Shown here one piece after another: positions 46,142 to 59,810 of a stretch of 64,000 nucleotides of DNA (positions are counted from its first letter, which is position 1; each line of letters opens with the position of its first letter). The notes below the pieces were generated by a model. It made no database searches. It saw only the letters and a program-made list of their open reading frames with translations, and was not told the DNA's origin. Both the position numbers and the translations under genes were made by a program. The stretch is from Setoptus koraiensis (Eukaryota; Animalia; Arthropoda), in assembly GCA_048013815.1 (NCBI GenBank), contig CM106586.1:24118001-24182000 (forward strand). Reading direction: 5' to 3'.

Positions 46142-49100
46142 AGCGAGTAAGTGGGCATGCCAATTGAACGAATTGACGACGATTGCGAGCTGTGCGAGTT
46201 GTGTGAGTTTTGCGAGTTTTGCGAGTTGGGCCCGCAGCAAAACAGTTGCCAACAAGCAAGTGTTGACCGGCAAAAGTGGGCCCACTCGAACTCGAAATCT
46301 CTCTGCACCCTGAGCCTCACAAATTGTGAGTCACACTGTGCGTTGGCTGCGCACACTGGCACACTGGCTCACTGGATCAGCACAGTGTGCCGTCTGAGCT
46401 CAAATGATCAGTTTGATTGCGATAGAAATCAATTCAATTTTATAACAATTGATCACAATTCAATTTGATCCAATTTAAAATGTGAAAAATGTGCATTCTC
46501 ATTCAACTGCCACTTTATGTGTGTGTGTGCGAGCTGCAAACAACAATCTTGGCCGAGTATTAGCCAGCACAAGATACAGTATAAGATACTGCGAGTTGGT
46601 CTGGCAGTTAACCAAGTGTTACAAACGCACACTGTCTCGCCAGAGCGCGCGATTTATCTCTGGGGCCGGGGGCCAGCACTCACTCAATGACTCACAAGTT
46701 TTGTGTGTACTTAAACTGGGCTTAAACTGCAAAAAAGCCTTGCTCGCATGCACCGGAATAACAGCAGCACGCCGAGAGCGTCGGATCAAATTGGTTTACA
46801 GTCGCCACTGAGCGAGCAATCCATCTTTTGGCCCCTCATTCCGCTAGCGAGGCTGTTGATGTTGTTCAGTTGTTGTTTGGTTGTTGCTCGGTCGTTGCTC
46901 GGTTGTGGCTCGGTTGTTGTTTGGTTGTTGGCATTGGTGCCTGCGCTGGCTTTGGTGCTGTTGTTGTCGGTGGTTGCGCATGCAAAAGTGGCCAAGGTGG
47001 AGTCAATTTCAGTTGAGCGAACCTCTTTCAGCGACTTAACGGGGGCCCCTCATAAAGTGGCCGCACTTTTTTATGCGCCTCCGTAACGCGCGTACAAGTT
47101 GTATGATACAACAAGCCAAAAACTGCCATTGGCGGCTATAATGGCCAGCCGAAGCACAGGCACGTATTTGGCCGCAGTCTTAGCCGGGCACGGTGCTGAT
47201 GTGATGATATTGTGCTGATATTGTGCTGATATTGTGGGCACGACCAGTGCCAACAAGGAGTGATAAGGGCGATATTTGTCGTGTCACTCTGACCGGCCGT
47301 TACGTAACAACATTAGCATCAGTGGCATCGGTGGCATCAGTAGCAATAGCCGGAGAGACTCATTGTAAATTTGGATAACCTCGCTCTCGCTCTCTTTCCG
47401 TTGCCTTGCTCGTAATACTATCACATTATTAGAATGAGACATAGATCAAATTTCCCGCTTGGCCTCCCCATTCATCTATTCTGTTGGTCTAAATCGATTT
47501 CTGATTATTTTCATCACCACCATTTGTGTGTGCGTGTGTGTGTGTCTCACTTAAATGGAGGTGCCATTATGCATCCAATTGCAACTGCAAGTCGCACCCA
47601 AACCCAAAGTCACAGTGTTGCGGGAAACCCTGTTTGCATGCATCCAGTTCTCAAATAAACTAATGATGGCTAGACAACAATGGCGACACTTCTTTTTTCA
47701 TCCCTCTCTTATTCGGGTGTGTACGTGTGTGTGTGTTTATCTGCTTGCCCATTTGTGTTGCTTGGGGTTCTTGTTTCGCCGAGGGCCAGCCAGCAATCTG
47801 GGGTTTATTCACCATTTACCATTCAAGTAACAGCCGGTATCTAACCAATTTGTGTGCCTACCCGAGACAAAGCCACCGTTGGGGCCTCTTTCTGTGCACG
47901 GCCCCAACTGCAACTGTAACTGCCGCTTGTGCACAGAAAGGGGCCCGCGCCAAGAGGCAAAAACTTTGCTCTGGCAGTCGCCAAAAAGAAAACGTGTCGA
48001 TACACTAACAATGATGGATGATCTCGTCAGAGACACACACACTCACAACTTATTCACATGCATGAATCTGCGAATATATAATCTCGTCACATTAGTTTTT
48101 TCTCTCTTTCTCTGTCTTACTTCTCGGGGGCGCCTTGGCGACATTCTTGAGCTGGCTGGCAGACAAGTTGAAAAATGCTGTAAGTAACGAACGGGCGATG
48201 CCCCGAAAAACAGATAATAAACGGGCTAGTTTAGCAGTCAGCTGAGCGAGTGGCGATTGTCACCGGTGGTGTGCAAATACAAAATTTGCCATCATTAGTG
48301 TGAGCCGAGATACAAGAGATTGTCGGCGAAAATCTGGCCAGATATTTGAGAAATTTTTGTTCACCGTCATGTGCCGAGAATTTTCTCTGCAGACTGGCTA
48401 CTGGCGACTGTGGCAAAATCAGCGCACCAGTTTAAAACTGCCGTAGAGAAAACTGGCCAAGTGACCCCTCGCAAAATTGTGTCGCTGAAATTATGTTCTG
48501 AGATTGTGTCCATGAGCCCGTAGAAATCGAGAGCGGCTGGCAAGATTCAATCAGATAACGAGTCGCTGTTGTTTTAAATTTTACAACGATTATCTCTGGT
48601 GCTCATAATATGTCTCACAACACACAGGCAAGATGCTGCCGATGTTTTGTTTTTTGTTGACCCAATATGATCTAACTGGCGCATTGTTTGAGCGAAAATT
48701 CAAGAAAATTTTCCTCTCAGAGGCGCCACTCTAATGATCATAATGAATTATTGAGATGCGGGCGCCCCACTGGATATATACTGCACACTGGTGTACAGTA
48801 TGGATATATATATACTCGTACATAGCATTGTATATAGTGTGGATATATATTTACTGGGGCCACTCGTCGCTAACAAGCAACGCACAAAGCCCGTGTAATG
48901 CACGGCGTTGGGTTTCACTCAATTGTTGTTGCCTGCGGCCATCATCCATCTTTGTTTATATCATAACAACAGCTATTATATGCTGTCGGATTCCAAAGAA
49001 AAGAACAGTCTTGTCGGGCCTCCATGGGGGCGCCCGGTGATTCGACTGGCTGCTTCCGGTGCGCGCCAGCTCACTTTATGCTGTGCGTGCGTGCGTGTGT

Positions 49101-51118
49101 TTGATGGTGAGCGGCGGCCCCATGGCGTCACCTAACTCGTTCGCGACTTGCAAGTAAATAGTCGTTGGGCCAGCACTGAGTCGTGGCCAACCAGCAGCAG
49201 CAGCAGTAGCGACCAGCGAAACCAGCGGCCACCAGCAGCAACCAGGGCCGAGATGAGAAAGTAACGGAAGTGAGCGTGAAAGAGCACAGAGAGCAGAGGT
49301 GTCAACAATAAAAGAGAGATAACAACAACCGTTGTCGCTGTTGCGGGTCGCCTCTGTCGCTTAGGCTGGGCCCCATATAAAACACTTTCTCTGCTTCTAT
49401 TTTTATTTTTATTGTTCTGTGCTGTGTTCTCTTTTTATTGCAAACTCCTTTTATTCTGGCCAAATTGCACACAACAAGCATTGGCGTTCCAATTGGCGAA
49501 TTGCAAATTCGCGAATACGAACACGAGCAGCACAACATGTAAGAATATTTTGGATATTCAGTGCAGATCCATTTGTGCCTAGAATCTGTGTGCCAGAGAT
49601 GGAGCAGCTTAACCGGTCCATTGTGTCTAGGCCCAGACCCACGTCTAGGCTACACACAAGCAGCCCAAGAATAGCTGCTGCTGCTGCTGCAACACAGTTA
49701 TTTAAATTAGATTAGCTTGCCAGGCTGTGATTTGTTGAGCAGACAGAGTAGCTGTGAAATTGTTTTTGTCTTTTTGATAGACACTTCATGCTGCAATGTT
49801 CCAAAACGAACGCTAACTGATGGACATAATGACACATGGCCAACACAACTAAGCAAGCAGTGCCAACCAGTTGGTTGGTTGTTGAACTTGGCAACTTTAT
49901 GCACTTGGTTGTTGACGATGCAGCCTTACGACGGCCTTACAACCGGCACCAAGCTGCACTTGTCAGCACATTTGTTTTCCTTTGAAATAGGCTATTACAT
50001 AATCTGGCACCTGACGTGATCACAGTGGCAATATTTGGCATTTTGCATGCGATACATCATGAGCAGCTACAAGCAAACATCAGTACATTTATAAAATAAA
50101 TAATTAACTCGCTCTATCATATGTTGATCTCGCATATTCTATTGGCTAATTCCTTCATCCGACTGTGAATTTCAGAGTCTGAAACTGACTGGTTAGTCGT
50201 TGTGGAAACGGTTGTTTTGGCCAGTATCTGTTGGTGGTAGTTTGATGCACAAGTGTGATCGTCATCGTTGACCATCGCCAATAGCAAATAGGCCCCTTTA
50301 GGGTGATGCAAATTATTATTATTGTGCCTCAAATAATGACACACTAGATTGAATGTAAGTGTAAGTAGTCTGACAGCAAACCGTTTGTGCTGTTTTGCAC
50401 CTTGCTCTCTATTTCAAATCATTTTAATGTTTTTCCTTTGTTGTACTGTCACTATCACAGCGCGTCTCCATTGTTGTTATTTCTCAAAAATAAAATGAAA
50501 TGGCAAGAAGAAGCAATATATCATTTGCACATGTCACTGTCATTGTCATCGGCTACACCAGCAACGACGACACCGACAACACTGACAACAACAGCGTTGC
50601 GTAATAACAACTGTCTGGCGCACGTAACGCTGCCACTGTAACCAATGAATGGAATTCATCAGAGTCATTCAATAAACTCAAATGATTGAGAAGAATTTTT
50701 CCCTTCGCTTCTCTTCTCTTCTATGCTCTTTTTGTGCAAATTGATTTGCGAACAAAAAACGCCTGCCCAACAGAGAACATCATTTGCCTGACACGCCCCC
50801 AGTCAAGCTTGCAAACCGGATGGCACCGGATTCGATTGAGCGAATTCTCGGCGAATTCGGCGAACTTTGCGGATTCTCTGCGAACTCGGTAGATTCAATT
50901 GACACAAGCGCTAGCCGTAGGAATGACGGCCAATTGCTTTCTGCCAACAGCGAATTCTTGTACCTGTTCGGTTTCACCTGTCTGTTGGTTTGGAATGCAA
51001 AACATGGCACGTTGTTCTGCTTTTTGATTGGTTGTTGCCGAGCGATTGCGTTTTGAAGAGAATTCAGTTAGAATTTTACTTGTAGCAAAATGTCAGGCCA
51101 TAAGGCATGCTCAATGCC

Positions 51119-51196
51119 TGATATTCATGTGATATTCATGCGATATTCACGTGATAGTCACTTGATATTCATGTGATATTCATGTGATATTCATAG
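51119..51196. repeat. 11-bp tandem repeat (TGATATTCATG-like), about 7 units
   Basis: Direct reading. Confidence 0.8.
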
Positions 51197-53330
51197 ATGA
51201 ATAGAGCGCCGCTGAGGCCATGTATTTAATTTGATGTGATGCCGAGCAAGCAACGGATGTGCTTTGCATGGGGATCTGGCGAAATTGTTGGCCACAGAGC
51301 AGCCAAGAATTGGAGCATTGTGAGTGTTGTGAGCATTGCGATTGTGTCAGCAGTGAGGCCAGTTGATAGTAACAAGAGACTGGCCACATAATGGCTGGCG
51401 ATAGTATTTTGACGCTTTTAGTGGCTCATTATGGGCGCGCCATAAATCCGGTTGGCGAGCAAGTGAGCGAAATTACGACAAAGAGATCTCACCAAATATG
51501 TGACACAATGTATGATTGATACCATAATCAATAAGCCGTGATATACATAAATAGCGTGCAGATGTGGGCTGTGATTTTGTTAGTGTTAGGTGACACTGAC
51601 AAAATATCTATGTATGAAAGAGAACAATGGCCCGCGTTGGGTCAATTGTTGGCACACTTACATCACTGGTCACACCATATATGACGTAATAAAGATGCCA
51701 AGCCAGCGCCTAGTGAGCCTGAGAGTGCGAGGTAGCCAGCGGTTGACTATATCGCGGGCCATGAGTCATGGCAACGGAAACGGCACGAGATGAATGTGTC
51801 AATTGGCGCGCTTGTGACACAAAGATGATCGCACAACAATAGATAATGGTCACTTGTATCGCTGGCCAGTGACAGCGGCGCCAACACAAGTGAGCAGAGA
51901 GATGGAATTTCTCTGCGTTTCAAACATTTTGCACATTCTTCAACTTGCTTCGCACTCGAGTTTGTTCTCTCTCAACGACGAGTTGGCCCAGCGACAATTT
52001 GGTTAGATTCAAACAATAGTTTACAGTTTTCTCGGTTTGTCTCAATGTGTACGCCGGCCACAGCCAACAGAAAGATAGTTGTCAAGTTGGCCGGTAGTGG
52101 CCAGCAGCAGAGCACAGATAAGCTGACCAGTGCGAGATCGATATCAGTTGTGCGAGTCACAATTTATAGCTACAAGCCACACACTGCCAGCACACTGCCA
52201 GCACACTGGTCAGCTCGTGCCCGGCGACAGGCCGCCGGCCAGTGCGAGGCCTGAGCAGTGGCCAGGCGGGGGCCAAACGTTAAAAGTGGGGCCAGAAGCT
52301 AATAACGATGATACACGCTGGTGGCCGGGCAATGAAGCACCAATGAAAATCATCGAGCCATGACAAGCCAATGACGACACAACTGTGCCATTGTGCCGCC
52401 GATACAATTGAGCGAAATTCCCCACATGGGGCGCAGAAATAATTTGCAAAAGTTTGTTGGCAAACTTTGAACGTTGAAGAATGAACGTTGACAACAAATT
52501 GACAAAATTGCCCGCTCTCCTTCTCTTGCGAGTTGCCAGCAAAAAATTTCTCTTTCGCCCTGGCTGCTCGTGGCTACTCGTGGCTACTCGTGGCTTCTCT
52601 TAGCCGCTCGTGGCTGCTCGTGGCATCGTTCGTCAAGTGCTTGGCTGTGCAGTGAGTGCACAGTACAGTAAACTGTTGGCCAGACGGTGCACGATATAGA
52701 CGACAATGCGCGCCAATAAGGGTGATTGGAAAAATGGTATGCACTGTTGCACAAACGATTTAACTGGCTGGCCACTAGTAGAGCATAAATGACACAAATT
52801 ACTCTCGACAACACGACTCAAACTGACCATTTGGGGCCCGGTCCAGTCCACGAGTCAGTGTGTGTGATGTACAGCAAACGTAACACAATTTGTAATGTGT
52901 TCGGCCGTTGCAATTGCCGTATTCACAATAGTTGGGCTGAACTTTGAAATTTGTGGCGCTTGCAAACAAGCTTGCAAATGTCACACAAATTTGCATACAT
53001 TGAGCCGGTGCCATAATGCCAAAGGTATTTAGCAATAAAATCATCAATCATGTTGGCGGCTTGCCAAACACGACGATTTGTGTCAACTTGTAGCCATCAC
53101 CGACACAGTGGCTGGCGAGCTCAGTAGCCCGGTTGGTTTGTTTGTGCTCGCAACAATTAATTAATTAGAGGCTAGCGCAATATGAGCGCCACTGGCCACA
53201 GGTGAGTGGCACATTTGTAAACTGTGCCAAACTGCACATTGTTACGGGCGTGTAAAATGGTGGCAATTGCAAGCTGGCTGCATTGCACACCAGCCAGCTT
53301 TCGATGCCGACCAGTATGAGTTGTATATCC

Positions 53331-53394
53331 GGGTATTTCGAGATATATCTGGGTATTTCGAGATATATCTGGGTATTTCCAGATATATCTGGGT
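53331..53394. repeat. 20-bp tandem repeat (GGGTATTTCGAGATATATCT), about 3 units
   Basis: Direct reading. Confidence 0.85.
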
Positions 53395-56300
53395 GTAGCC
53401 GGCATATTCACATGTGTGTTACGTATAAGAGCGTTCTCTATGAATGATGAAATGCGCGGCCCAGGGCGAGTGCGCAATATCCGGTGATGATGATAAAGCG
53501 TGGCAAGCAGAGTAGCAAGGCAAGCATGCGAAATTGATAGAGAACAGTTGCTAGTGCAATGGTTGCGCAACATACGCTTTACACTTGCTGCGACAATTAG
53601 CACGAGAAGAGAAAATGATTGTGACAGACGATTCATAATGTGCGCTCCACTTGTTCGATTTGTTTCTTGCCACTGGCCGCCATACTACACACTATATAGT
53701 ATTACGCAATACATGTGTAGTATATATGTAGTATGTAGTGTGTGTGTGTGTTACGTAACGGCATATAACACTGTGCGGGGGTGCATGGGGGCACGCTGTG
53801 GTATGTGAGAGTGTGTGAGGGTATGAGGGGCGAGGGGGCGAGGCAACAGCGCGACAAACAAATAGTTTAATTCGGACGCAAAAGGCAGAGAATATTTAAT
53901 CCGTGTTTTGCTGCAATTGCTCAGCTTGCGCCAGCCTGTTGTGGTCCGGTGCTTATGGCCGGCAGTTTGTGCCAGGTTTGCAGCGGGCTCGCGGATGGGG
54001 CGCGGATGGGACGCGGACATGGTGCGGATGAGGCGCCCAGACGGGACAGTGGCATGGGCAAGTGCTGCTGGGGGCCAATTGTTGGCGGTTGGCCAGTTGC
54101 TCGGTCAACCGCCAGTTCATTATAAGTGTCGCTCGGGCTGTTTGTGTTTTGCTGTTTTGTGCACAAGTGCCCATTTGGTCAGCCTCGGCCGGCGAGCAGA
54201 GTGTCGGATCTGTGCATCACTGATTGTCGTTGCGAGTGGCCCCAATTGTTGGTTGCCGGTTGGCAAACTTTGTTCCAGCCAACAGTGTGTGCAGACAGAG
54301 ACAGAGAGAGAGGCGCTGGCCAGTTTCACTGCCAGTGGCACAGTGGCAAGTGGCACAAAAAGAGCCAAATCTAACAAAACGAGCCAGCCTCAACAATGGC
54401 GGATGGGGCCCGATGAGGGGCGCAAGAGCAAAAAGAGCCACAAACACAATTATGACCATGTGCGAGCTAATGCACATAAGTCATGTCTGTGTTATTTGCT
54501 TGAGCAGATACTCTCATCCGATTCTGGCTTTGGCACGCTGGTCACTTAGGCACACTGTCCAATGGACAGTTGGCCAGAACAGTTACTGTGCACAGTCAGT
54601 GGTTAGTGAGCGGATAATAACACTGCGCATTGCGCACAAACTAAAAGCTAACGGTGCCCCAACTGTTAACTGTTACGCAACGCTTTTAGGCAACGCACAC
54701 AACAGCGCGAGCCATCAAGCTTATCGAGCTTATTGCGCAACCTTGCGCCATAAGCTATAAGCTCGCATATGAACTTACAGCTTGGCTTGGGCAGCCAGTA
54801 ATTTATGCACACACACTCTGCTAGTGACTCTAGTGTCTGGTCAACGTCATCACGATGAGCACACTTACTTTCCACGGGTGTCTCGTCTCCACTCGTGTCC
54901 AGTGTTGTCCAGTGCTGTCCAGTTCTGTTTAGTGCCGTCTAGTCAAGTCTAGTGCTGGCCCCCAACCGGACCAGACCCAAGTGGCGGTCAGTTTGGGGCC
55001 AAGTGTCGAGCAGATTACTCTGGCTGGATAATTTCAGCTGTTATGTGCTATAACGACATGCAACAACGACATGCTGCAACCGTATGAACACGGCAAGCAA
55101 AATGTGAAAATAACAATGTGTGCGGCCGGCCAAAGACAAACGATGACCAGACAAGTGTCTTTTTCGAGCGTTATATTTGTTGTTGCGAACAAGCTCATAC
55201 ATAAATAAATACAACAAATCAGTCAGCTTGCCAGCAACTGTCAATGACGCCCACGCGAACCGACTCGTTGGTCAGCAACACACAAAAAACACGACAAATG
55301 GTACAGAAAACAAGCAAGAATGCAGCCTCTCCAGTTTATTCATGCCGCTTGCGACTTATGAATGCAGCTTGCCAAAGTGACCCAAACTCGATTTGATTTA
55401 ATTTGATTTAATTTTATTTTTCATTTAATTTGCTTCGCTCTGATTGCTGGCGCAGTCACCTCGATTTCTGGCACAGTGGCGTAATTTGCACAGTCCGTTT
55501 GTTTTGTGCAGAGCCAGTAAACAAATGACAGGACGAAATCTCTCATTGATCTCTGCGTCGAGTCCAATCTTGAATCGGTGAAACGTGTAAACGCTTAATG
55601 AGTCCAGCAACACATTTCATATAACAATGGCATGTTGCGTAACAGAGGCCCGTCATCATTGGCAGTGAGCGGATGTCGATACGGTAAGATGGCGCCATTT
55701 TTAAGTTTCTAACAATTGACAATTGTCAATTGTCATTCGACAATTGTAAGCAATCGATCTTAATGGAACTAGCCGCTATGCAACGACGAGCACAGCACCA
55801 CAGCAGGCCCACAAACGAGGCCCGATCAAGCCAGTTGGCAAGCAACTCACAAGCAACAAAGTGAGCCAGCGCAAATGGCGCCTCTGGTGCCCGGTGGCGC
55901 GACTATTCCCATGGTTCGCTCGTCGTTGTCGTGCTTTTTGTTTGGGCTGCCAGAGTTTGTGTCCCCCGAGTGAGTGCAAGTGTTGGCAAGACAAAATCAG
56001 CAAGACGAAAATTCATGGCAAACAGGCGAGAGGCAGCAGAAGAGCAGTGTTAGTTAAACAAGTGACAGCACAAATAGTGTGGCAGACAGTTTATTCTTGG
56101 TGGCAACAAACAGGCAAAACAGGCAAAACGAGCGAAACAAGCGAAAGAATTGCAAGAAACGAGACAAAGCGAAGAAACGAGCCGAAGAACGAATTCTCTG
56201 GCCTGTGTGTTGCCAGTTCGAACTGCACCGTCGATCGGTATCATCGTTCGCAGGAGAATCAGTCATCTCGTTGCATAACACTGAAAGAACAAGCTTGTTG

Positions 56301-59300
56301 TTGTTGTTGTTGTGCTGGCCGTAAAAAACAAGCTGCATCCAAAGTAGCCTAGGTACCCCCATTTGCTTGTACCGCTATGGCGTGTGTAGTTGCCCGCGGG
56401 ATAATGTGGCTTAAATGTGTGCTTGTGCATATATAAACAAAAGGTGCCACCACCAGTGGCCCGGGGCTAGCGCGCCAAACGTACAAGTGCCTGGGGCCCC
56501 GCTAGAAATTAATGGTTTAGCTCGCTCATATCAGACACGTTGGAAATGAATTTATGAAATGTGCAGTGCTCATTTATGCACAATTTGCTTGTTGTGCTAG
56601 CCAAATGTCAATGGCTGGCAATGGCACACAATAGGCACAGCAGACGCGAGACTGGCTCAATGAGGCACAACTATGTGGATGAGCTAGCCAAAACGTGGTG
56701 TGCAGATCGTTTTGTGCACGGTCGTGTCCATTGTTTGTCAGTCTAGTCACTGCTGCCCGCTTTGGTGTGCCAGCTATGCCAGTTCAGTATCAATATCATG
56801 GCGAGTCGCCAGCACACCAAGATATACGTAGCGAGAGAGGGAGAGGGAGGCAGAGAGAGAGGGAGAGGGCGAGGGAGAGAGAGGAAGCCAGAAATGAAGA
56901 AAATGATGACTTGATGCACAAAACTAGCTAAACAAACTAACACTAGATAAGATTAGATAAACTGGGGCAAATAACACACGACACAACTCTCGTCCACTGT
57001 CAGAATAATATAATAACGCAGCCAGGGAAATAATACTAATCAAGTCTAAGCCTGAGGCCATGCTTGCTATTTTGGTGTGACAAACAGAAAAAAGGGAGAA
57101 AATGCGAGATTGCGAGCCGAATGCAGCCAGAATGCGACTGCTGACAGGTGCCAATGGACTGGATTAAGTAGCCGTACCTATATAAACCGGCCCCATATAA
57201 GTGCGCCATATCCCCCCGACAGCAACATTGAGCCAGCCAGCAATATCAGTCAATAATAAATGATGAAATACAGTAAATCAGCATAATGCCAATGCGAGCG
57301 ACGTGGCCAATTTAGCCATGCAACAGTTAATGTAAAGTATTGTCGCATGCCTAATTAATGTGATAAATACATTAATTTCAAATGGATCGCTTCTATTGAG
57401 CTTGCCACGAAGCAGGCCACAAGCTTGTTCATTTGCTCACTGTGTTTAGAAATCAATTTCAATCTTTTGTCGATTATTGGTCAGCAGCGCTGATTATTGC
57501 ATAATAATTGATCACGGTGGTTCATTTGCGACACAAATACCAATATAATGGAATCATATGTATCAACGATTATATCAACGAATGACCAGTGCCGATGCCG
57601 GCCAATGTCGTTGCTGGCTTGTTTCGCTCGTTGATAACAAGTTGTTATACGCAATTGAAAGCCCGAATGCGGCCACATGAGCCGATGGCTGTGCTCACTT
57701 GTCACTGACAACTTGTCACAGTACCGGTGCCAATATTTATCCGGATATATAAGGATATAGATAGATATATACTGATATACACGGTCATTAGCGAGCACAA
57801 GTTTGATTGGAATCAAATTGATGTGCATCGAGAGCAAACAACTGTGACACTTGTGAGACGAATAGTTACAATTAACAAGTTGCTTATGCTCGTACTCACA
57901 ACTTGCGAGCCACAAGCCAGAGTTTGTGTCGAGCAAGCGATTGTAATGGCAGGCCAGAGTTTAATTTGAGCCGGGCATTATCATTGAGCTATTGGGGCTG
58001 TCTGGTTGGGCAAGAACGCGGCTATCCGAAGAAGATGATAGCTGCAATTTGGGCATCGCTTAGGAACAACAAAATTGTTTATAACTTACAAGTGATCCCA
58101 GAGTGTGTGTGACGCTAATGAGCATTAGCTGTTGGGCCCCAATTCGGTTGGCTCAAGTGAGCAGCTGATTCAATTGGTAGTTGTGCCATAGTTATAAGTT
58201 GCCAGAAATGCTTGACCGACGGGTTATTGTTGGCATTGCAATTATTGCATGTGTGTCGCTTGTGTTGCTGGTAGCAACCGTTAGGCAGCAAACGTAATTT
58301 GCCTAAACCATTTGGAGCGACTAAAAACAGATTGCTCCTTCTCTGTTGCTCAATTATGATTACGCAACTACCGTACTGATGATTACGCTACCAGATGATT
58401 ATTACCATCATCATAGGCTACGTTACGTAACTGGTCTGACCAAGTGATATACTGTGTTTATCAGTCACAAGCCAGCTTGTATCAATTCAGTTAGGTTTGC
58501 GTTTATACTGACCATTAAATTGTTGTTTGCTGCACTGCAACAACAACAACAACTACTACTGCTACTACCACTACTTCTACCACTACACTACAACAAACGG
58601 TAAAGCACCAACTGGTGGCGCTGCTGCTGCTGCTGCTGCAATTATTATTATATTTATTTTATTTAAATGATTACCACTGGCAACTGGGCTGCAATCTACA
58701 TTTGTGTTTGTGTCACACAAATTGTGCAGATCGCAAACACTTTCACTTTCACTTTTACTCACTCACAACTAACTAAACTGGCAATCAACTAACAACTGTA
58801 AACCAAACCAAACCAAACCAAACTGCACAGTCCAAAAGTCAACTGTCTGGCCTCATCTTAAATTGAAATGAAATAATTGGCCTCAAAGTGGTCACGTTAC
58901 TCACTAAATGCACGCGCACACTAACTAATGAGAGGGATTCACTTTTCACGATTTCGTCGCTTTACCAACAAACTTTGCCTAATGACAGATCTGGCAGGCA
59001 GAGATCGTTGAAGCAAATCAAAGACTTGTCTGCCCAATGGCAAGTCTGTCCACTTGTTCATGTGTACAATAGGCAAACAGTTACGTAAGTCACCATGGTT
59101 GTCGGTCATACACACAAGTGCAAAAGTGATGACCAATGCGCCTAATGATTGAATAACACTAATAACTGTATACACTAAATCGCCAGCCAGTGGCAAGCTC
59201 GAGAGTTGCAATTGAGTGAACCGAAAACAAAAGCCGACGGCCCACTGATCCGCTTATAGCTCATGTTGTGTTGCGATCCATTGTGGCGTTGTGATCCATT

Positions 59301-59691
59301 CTCGTGTTGTGATCCATTGGATCCGTGCACGGTATCTAGTGGCCATGCTATGGCTGTTATAGACACGCAATGATGATATGTGGATATGGCTGGATATGGC
59401 TGATAGGCGCATGGATATATGAGATATATCTGGATATCTGTGATCGACTTGCTGCCAGACTCTTGCCGGCCGACTCTTAGCGCCACACTCTGGCTGCCAG
59501 AGGCCAGGGGCCAGAAGCGAGAAGCGAGAGGCCAGAAGCCAGCAAACTAATAGACTAACAAAGAGCCAGCAATAACAGTGTTTGTGTGTCATGGTTGGCC
59601 GTTGATAGAGAGCAGCGAGAGTGTTCAAACAATTCAATCATCTCGCTTTTGATATGTGTGATGATGCAACTTATCACTACTACTGTTACTC

Positions 59692-59810
59692 CAACTGCAA
59701 CAGCAACAGCAACAGCAACTGCAACTGCAACTGCAACTGCAACTGCAACTGCAACTGCAACTGCAACTGCAACTGCAACTGCAACTGCAACTGCAACTGC
59801 AACTGCAACT
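59692..59810. repeat. Hexanucleotide microsatellite (GCAACT), about 20 units
   Basis: Direct reading; a few GCAACA variants at the left end. Confidence 0.92.

Noticed and set aside
53908-54760. Longest intronic ORFs (213 aa and 178 aa, + strand) and the other 60-170 aa ORFs in 32-61 kb
   Set aside because: These are low-complexity or repeat-derived translations (poly-C/V/T/Q, stutter motifs) in overlapping frames, several with non-ATG starts, and none has a domain signature.
33966-59810. Regular repeat arrays as CRISPR-like loci
   Set aside because: The units are contiguous with no unique spacers of constant length, the context is eukaryotic, and there are no cas genes.
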